A DNA stretch of 64,000 nt from an uncultured Planctomycetia bacterium. GTDB taxonomy: Bacteria; Planctomycetota; UBA8108; UBA1146. A model generated the notes under the pieces. That model searched no databases. It was not told where the DNA came from and saw only the letters and a list, made by a program, of their open reading frames with translations. A program made the translations under genes and the position numbers. Where the stretch lies: positions 203,166-267,165 of the forward strand of contig CAZSDP010000001.1 in assembly GCA_964605665.1 (NCBI GenBank), written 5' to 3'. Below, piece after piece: positions 61,011 through 64,000 of the stretch; the first letter of the stretch is position 1, and each line of letters starts with the position of its first letter.

Positions 61011-61374
61011 GTCTTGGTTCTTTCTCTCCCGGGCTGCGCGCAAATGGGTCCCACCCAAAGCAACCACGATCTCTACAGAGGAACGACTCGACTTCGCCGA
61101 CCGGTTCCTCAAAGATTGCCTCAGCGTGCGGTACCCCGCCTCGCCAAGTTCCCCGCAATCGGTGTGCCGCCGAAGCGGCGCATTTGTAAATCCCCGATGT
61201 CTTCCCCCTGAAACAGGACGCCGAAGCTCTCTCGAAGTAAGATATCGGCGTCGAAGGGGCTGAAAAAGCCCCAGATCTCGTTTTTGCATGTACTTCACAG
61301 AAAGGCCGATGGAGACTTCTAGAGTCTCCGCTTGGTGAATCTCGCCACCTGGCATCTCTGGAACCCCGGAAAAT

Positions 61375-63216
61375 GTGAAGGGTCACTCGATGAGTTTCGT
61401 ATCTGCTCGAAACTCGGCTGCGAACCACCCCCAAAATCGAGGCCGATCGAAGAACGACCACCGCTGGCTGTTGTGGATGACTGTCCTTTTTTCGGTCAGT
61501 TGCCAACCCTCACTGGAAGAAGGTCGGTCGACAATCACTAAAATGCCCAGCACTTCGGAGTCCCTCCCTCGTCTCTCCGATGATCGATCGCTCGGTGTTT
61601 CCTTTCATCATGTGAATGGGATGTTCGGACAACGGTACTTTTGCGAAATGGTCGGACCTGGAGGGGCTCTCTTCGACGTCGATGGAGATGGTGACCTCGA
61701 TCTGTTCTTGGTCCAGGGATCAGCACTTGGCGGCGTCCCACTTTCCGAGTCGATTTTCCCGCCAGATCCAAACGCCCCCCAAGGTGACCGGCTACTCATC
61801 AATCAACTCAAAGAGAGTGGGGAGTTGAGATTCCGAGACACCACTGAAGAGTCCGGTATCTCAGAGAGCGAATATGGGATGGGATGCACAGTGGGTGATG
61901 TCGATGGAGACGGTGATCCAGACATTTACGTCACAAACTTCGGTCGAGATCGCCTGTGGCTAAACCAAGGCGATACAACCTTTGTTGAGGCCTCTGCCAA
62001 CGCAGGCCTGGCCGAAGATGACTGGACCACCAGCGCCGTCTTTTTTGACTGCGATCTAGACGGAGATCTCGATCTGTTCGTCTGCACCTACGTCGACTAC
62101 CGATTGGAAAACCACAAACCTTGCTACTCAGAAACGAGTGCAATCGATTACTGTGGTCCGAGCAGCTTCCGTTCTCAACCTGATCGCCTCTATCTCAATC
62201 AAGGAGATGGCGTTTTCCAGGATGTGACGTCTACTAGCCGCATTGGAACTGAAGTTGGCGCTGGTCTAGGAGTTGTCACCGCAGACTTTGATGCTGACGG
62301 CCTTCTCGATATCTATGTCGCTAATGATGGCACTCCAAATCGACTTTGGAAAAACCTCGGCGATGGCACTTTTGTCGACACGGGCCTCCTCGCTGGCTGC
62401 GCTTACAATCGAGACGGGCGAGCAGAAGCCAGCATGGGCATCGAAGCTTCCGACTTCGATGCCGACGGAGACGAAGATGTCTTCCTCACTCATCTCACCG
62501 ATGAAACGAACACGCTCTACAAAAATGACGGGAATGGAGTTTTCGAGGACGTCTCTGCCCCAATCGGTTTGGGAGTTCCCAGCCGAGCATTTACCGGATT
62601 TGGAACCGCAACCTTTGATTATGATCTCGATGGCTTTCTAGACTTGTTTGTCGCCAATGGGGCGGTAAAGACGATCGAAGCGCTCGCCGCAAAGGGCGAC
62701 CCCTATCCCCTTCGCCAAAGAAATCAGCTGTTCCGAAACCGCGGTGATGGCCGCTTTGAAGAAGTACTCCCCCAAACCGAGCCTGTTCTGAAACAAGCTG
62801 AGGTGAGCAGAGGAGTTCTCTCTGGAGACATCAATAATGACGGCGCTATAGACCTCGTCGTCTTGAACAACTCAGCCCTACCCCAGATTCTGATCGGAAC
62901 CACGCCAAAACCCACGGATTGGATCGGATTCGATGTTCGAAGACCGGATGGGCAACGTCCCGCCATCGGGACCCTCATCGAATTGAAGATCGGCTCGGAA
63001 ACAAGTCGGATCCAAAGAGTTCGCGTCGCAGCGAGCTACCTCAGCGCAAATGACCCTCGGATTATTTTTGGTCTTAGGAATCAAGAACCAGCAGCGCTGA
63101 GCGCAATCCTCCATCACCCAGGTGGCCTATCAGAGAGTTTTGACGGTCTCAAGCCGGGCAAATACCAGACCCTCATTCAAGGGCAGGGCAAGGCTCTTGA
63201 AGTTGAAGGTAGATAA
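61375..63216 (+). CDS. CRTAC1-family protein (FG-GAP/VCBS repeats plus ASPIC/UnbV domain)
   Basis: Seven 'DxDxDGxxD' β-propeller repeats ('FDVDGDGDLDLF', 'VGDVDGDGDPDIYV', 'ADFDADGLLDIYVAN', …). C-terminal 'RVAASYLSANDPRIIFGL' ASPIC/UnbV-like domain. Confidence 0.8.
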   Translation: MKGHSMSFVSARNSAANHPQNRGRSKNDHRWLLWMTVLFSVSCQPSLEEGRSTITKMPSTSESLPRLSDDRSLGVSFHHVNGMFGQRYFCEMVGPGGALFDVDGDGDLDLFLVQGSALGGVPLSESIFPPDPNAPQGDRLLINQLKESGELRFRDTTEESGISESEYGMGCTVGDVDGDGDPDIYVTNFGRDRLWLNQGDTTFVEASANAGLAEDDWTTSAVFFDCDLDGDLDLFVCTYVDYRLENHKPCYSETSAIDYCGPSSFRSQPDRLYLNQGDGVFQDVTSTSRIGTEVGAGLGVVTADFDADGLLDIYVANDGTPNRLWKNLGDGTFVDTGLLAGCAYNRDGRAEASMGIEASDFDADGDEDVFLTHLTDETNTLYKNDGNGVFEDVSAPIGLGVPSRAFTGFGTATFDYDLDGFLDLFVANGAVKTIEALAAKGDPYPLRQRNQLFRNRGDGRFEEVLPQTEPVLKQAEVSRGVLSGDINNDGAIDLVVLNNSALPQILIGTTPKPTDWIGFDVRRPDGQRPAIGTLIELKIGSETSRIQRVRVAASYLSANDPRIIFGLRNQEPAALSAILHHPGGLSESFDGLKPGKYQTLIQGQGKALEVEGR

Positions 63217-64000
63217 TGAGCAGTCTTCTTCGATTACTGCTGAGCATCTCGATTCTACTTGGCGGCTGTACCCCATCAGATCGCAACGCTTCGCCGCTAG
63301 ATACTGAGTCCGGGCAGGCCCCCACTCTCGAGAACAAACCCGTTGGATCTTCTCCTGCTTCCTTTCCATGGCCAAGTCTCTCCGACTTTGAGCCACTGGT
63401 TCAGGATCACTTGCAGAAGACGAAAGAGCAGCTGAATCACGCAATCGAGTCGGAAGAACGGGCCAATGAACTAGCAAACCAATATGGGACTGCCGGTATG
63501 GTGTATCACGCTTATACACTGCGCGAGGCTGCGCGATTTGCTTATCAACAAGCAGAGGCTCTTGATCCAAGTGATCCGCGCTGGCCCTATCTACGTGGAC
63601 ATGTTGTACGCGTCGGAGATCACGTCGCTGAGGCGATTCCCGCTTTTCAACGAGCACTCGAACTAGAACCAGAACTCGTTGCCGGCTGGGTTGCTCTCGG
63701 CGAGATACTCTTTGAACTCAATAGAAACCGAGAGTCCGCGGAAGCGTTTCAAAAAGCCATCGCCTACGATCCCCTATGTGCTGCCGCCCACGGAGGAATC
63801 GGACGTAACAACCTAGAAGCCAAGAACTTTGCCGCAGCTGCAGAGAGCCTGAAAAAAGCGATTGAGATCGCGCCTCACGCCAGTTCATTTCGATATCCAC
63901 TGGGCCTAGCATTTCGAGGATTGGGAGATTCCAAGCGTGCGATTGAGGAGATGGAACAGCGTGGAATGATTAACGCCGCTCCGGCAGATCGCTATCTCCA
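63216..64000 (+). CDS. TPR-repeat lipoprotein (3' truncated by window edge)
   Basis: taATG overlap with the upstream stop. Lipobox 'LLGGCTPS'. TPR-like 'AIPAFQRALELEPELVAGWVALGEILFELNRNRESAEAFQKAIAYDP'. A typical partner of CRTAC1-family genes. Confidence 0.6.
   Translation, partial: MSSLLRLLLSISILLGGCTPSDRNASPLDTESGQAPTLENKPVGSSPASFPWPSLSDFEPLVQDHLQKTKEQLNHAIESEERANELANQYGTAGMVYHAYTLREAARFAYQQAEALDPSDPRWPYLRGHVVRVGDHVAEAIPAFQRALELEPELVAGWVALGEILFELNRNRESAEAFQKAIAYDPLCAAAHGGIGRNNLEAKNFAAAAESLKKAIEIAPHASSFRYPLGLAFRGLGDSKRAIEEMEQRGMINAAPADRYL

Overview
This is a 64 kb high-GC bacterial chromosomal window; gene content suggests a Planctomycetota-like organism (dockerin-type secreted proteins, Rho with an R/S/G-rich N-terminal tail, a giant Ser/Thr-kinase fusion), but I cannot verify the taxonomy. 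Coding density is high. The window contains, in order: three peptide/nickel-type ABC importer gene sets but only one ATPase pair; a deoC–aldehyde dehydrogenase pair; an aroDE-like / ATP-grasp / SDR operon; rho behind a ~1 kb structured leader; PHP–gltX–ribE; a complete elongasome cluster (mreBCD–mrdA–rodA) preceded by a coiled-coil membrane protein operon; uppP and GDP-sugar genes (gmd, rmd/fcl-like, rfaE-II-like); and a DUF342/FapA-like gene. The segment I judge most interesting is 40.6–53 kb. It holds a 1624-aa Ser/Thr kinase fused to a degenerate STAND NTPase, a TPR array and a σ54 enhancer-binding module (GAFTGA + Fis HTH). Next to it are two paralogous dockerin-repeat secreted proteins flanking a DksA-like zinc finger, a lipoyl-domain-like protein that lacks the lipoyl lysine, and an ORF-free ~900 bp region. 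That ORF-free region carries a σ54-type −24/−12 motif, two GC palindromes and a strong intrinsic terminator, so I call it a candidate σ54-dependent sRNA. Further downstream a second σ54-like motif precedes an acidic protein plus a MamK-like actin homologue. The remainder is housekeeping (iscS-like, dcyD-like, BFN nuclease, suhB-like, pgk, CRTAC1/ASPIC + TPR). I found no rRNA, tRNA, CRISPR array or obvious mobile element. All calls rest on motif-level reading of the supplied translations. Coordinates of non-coding motifs may be off by ±1–2 nt.
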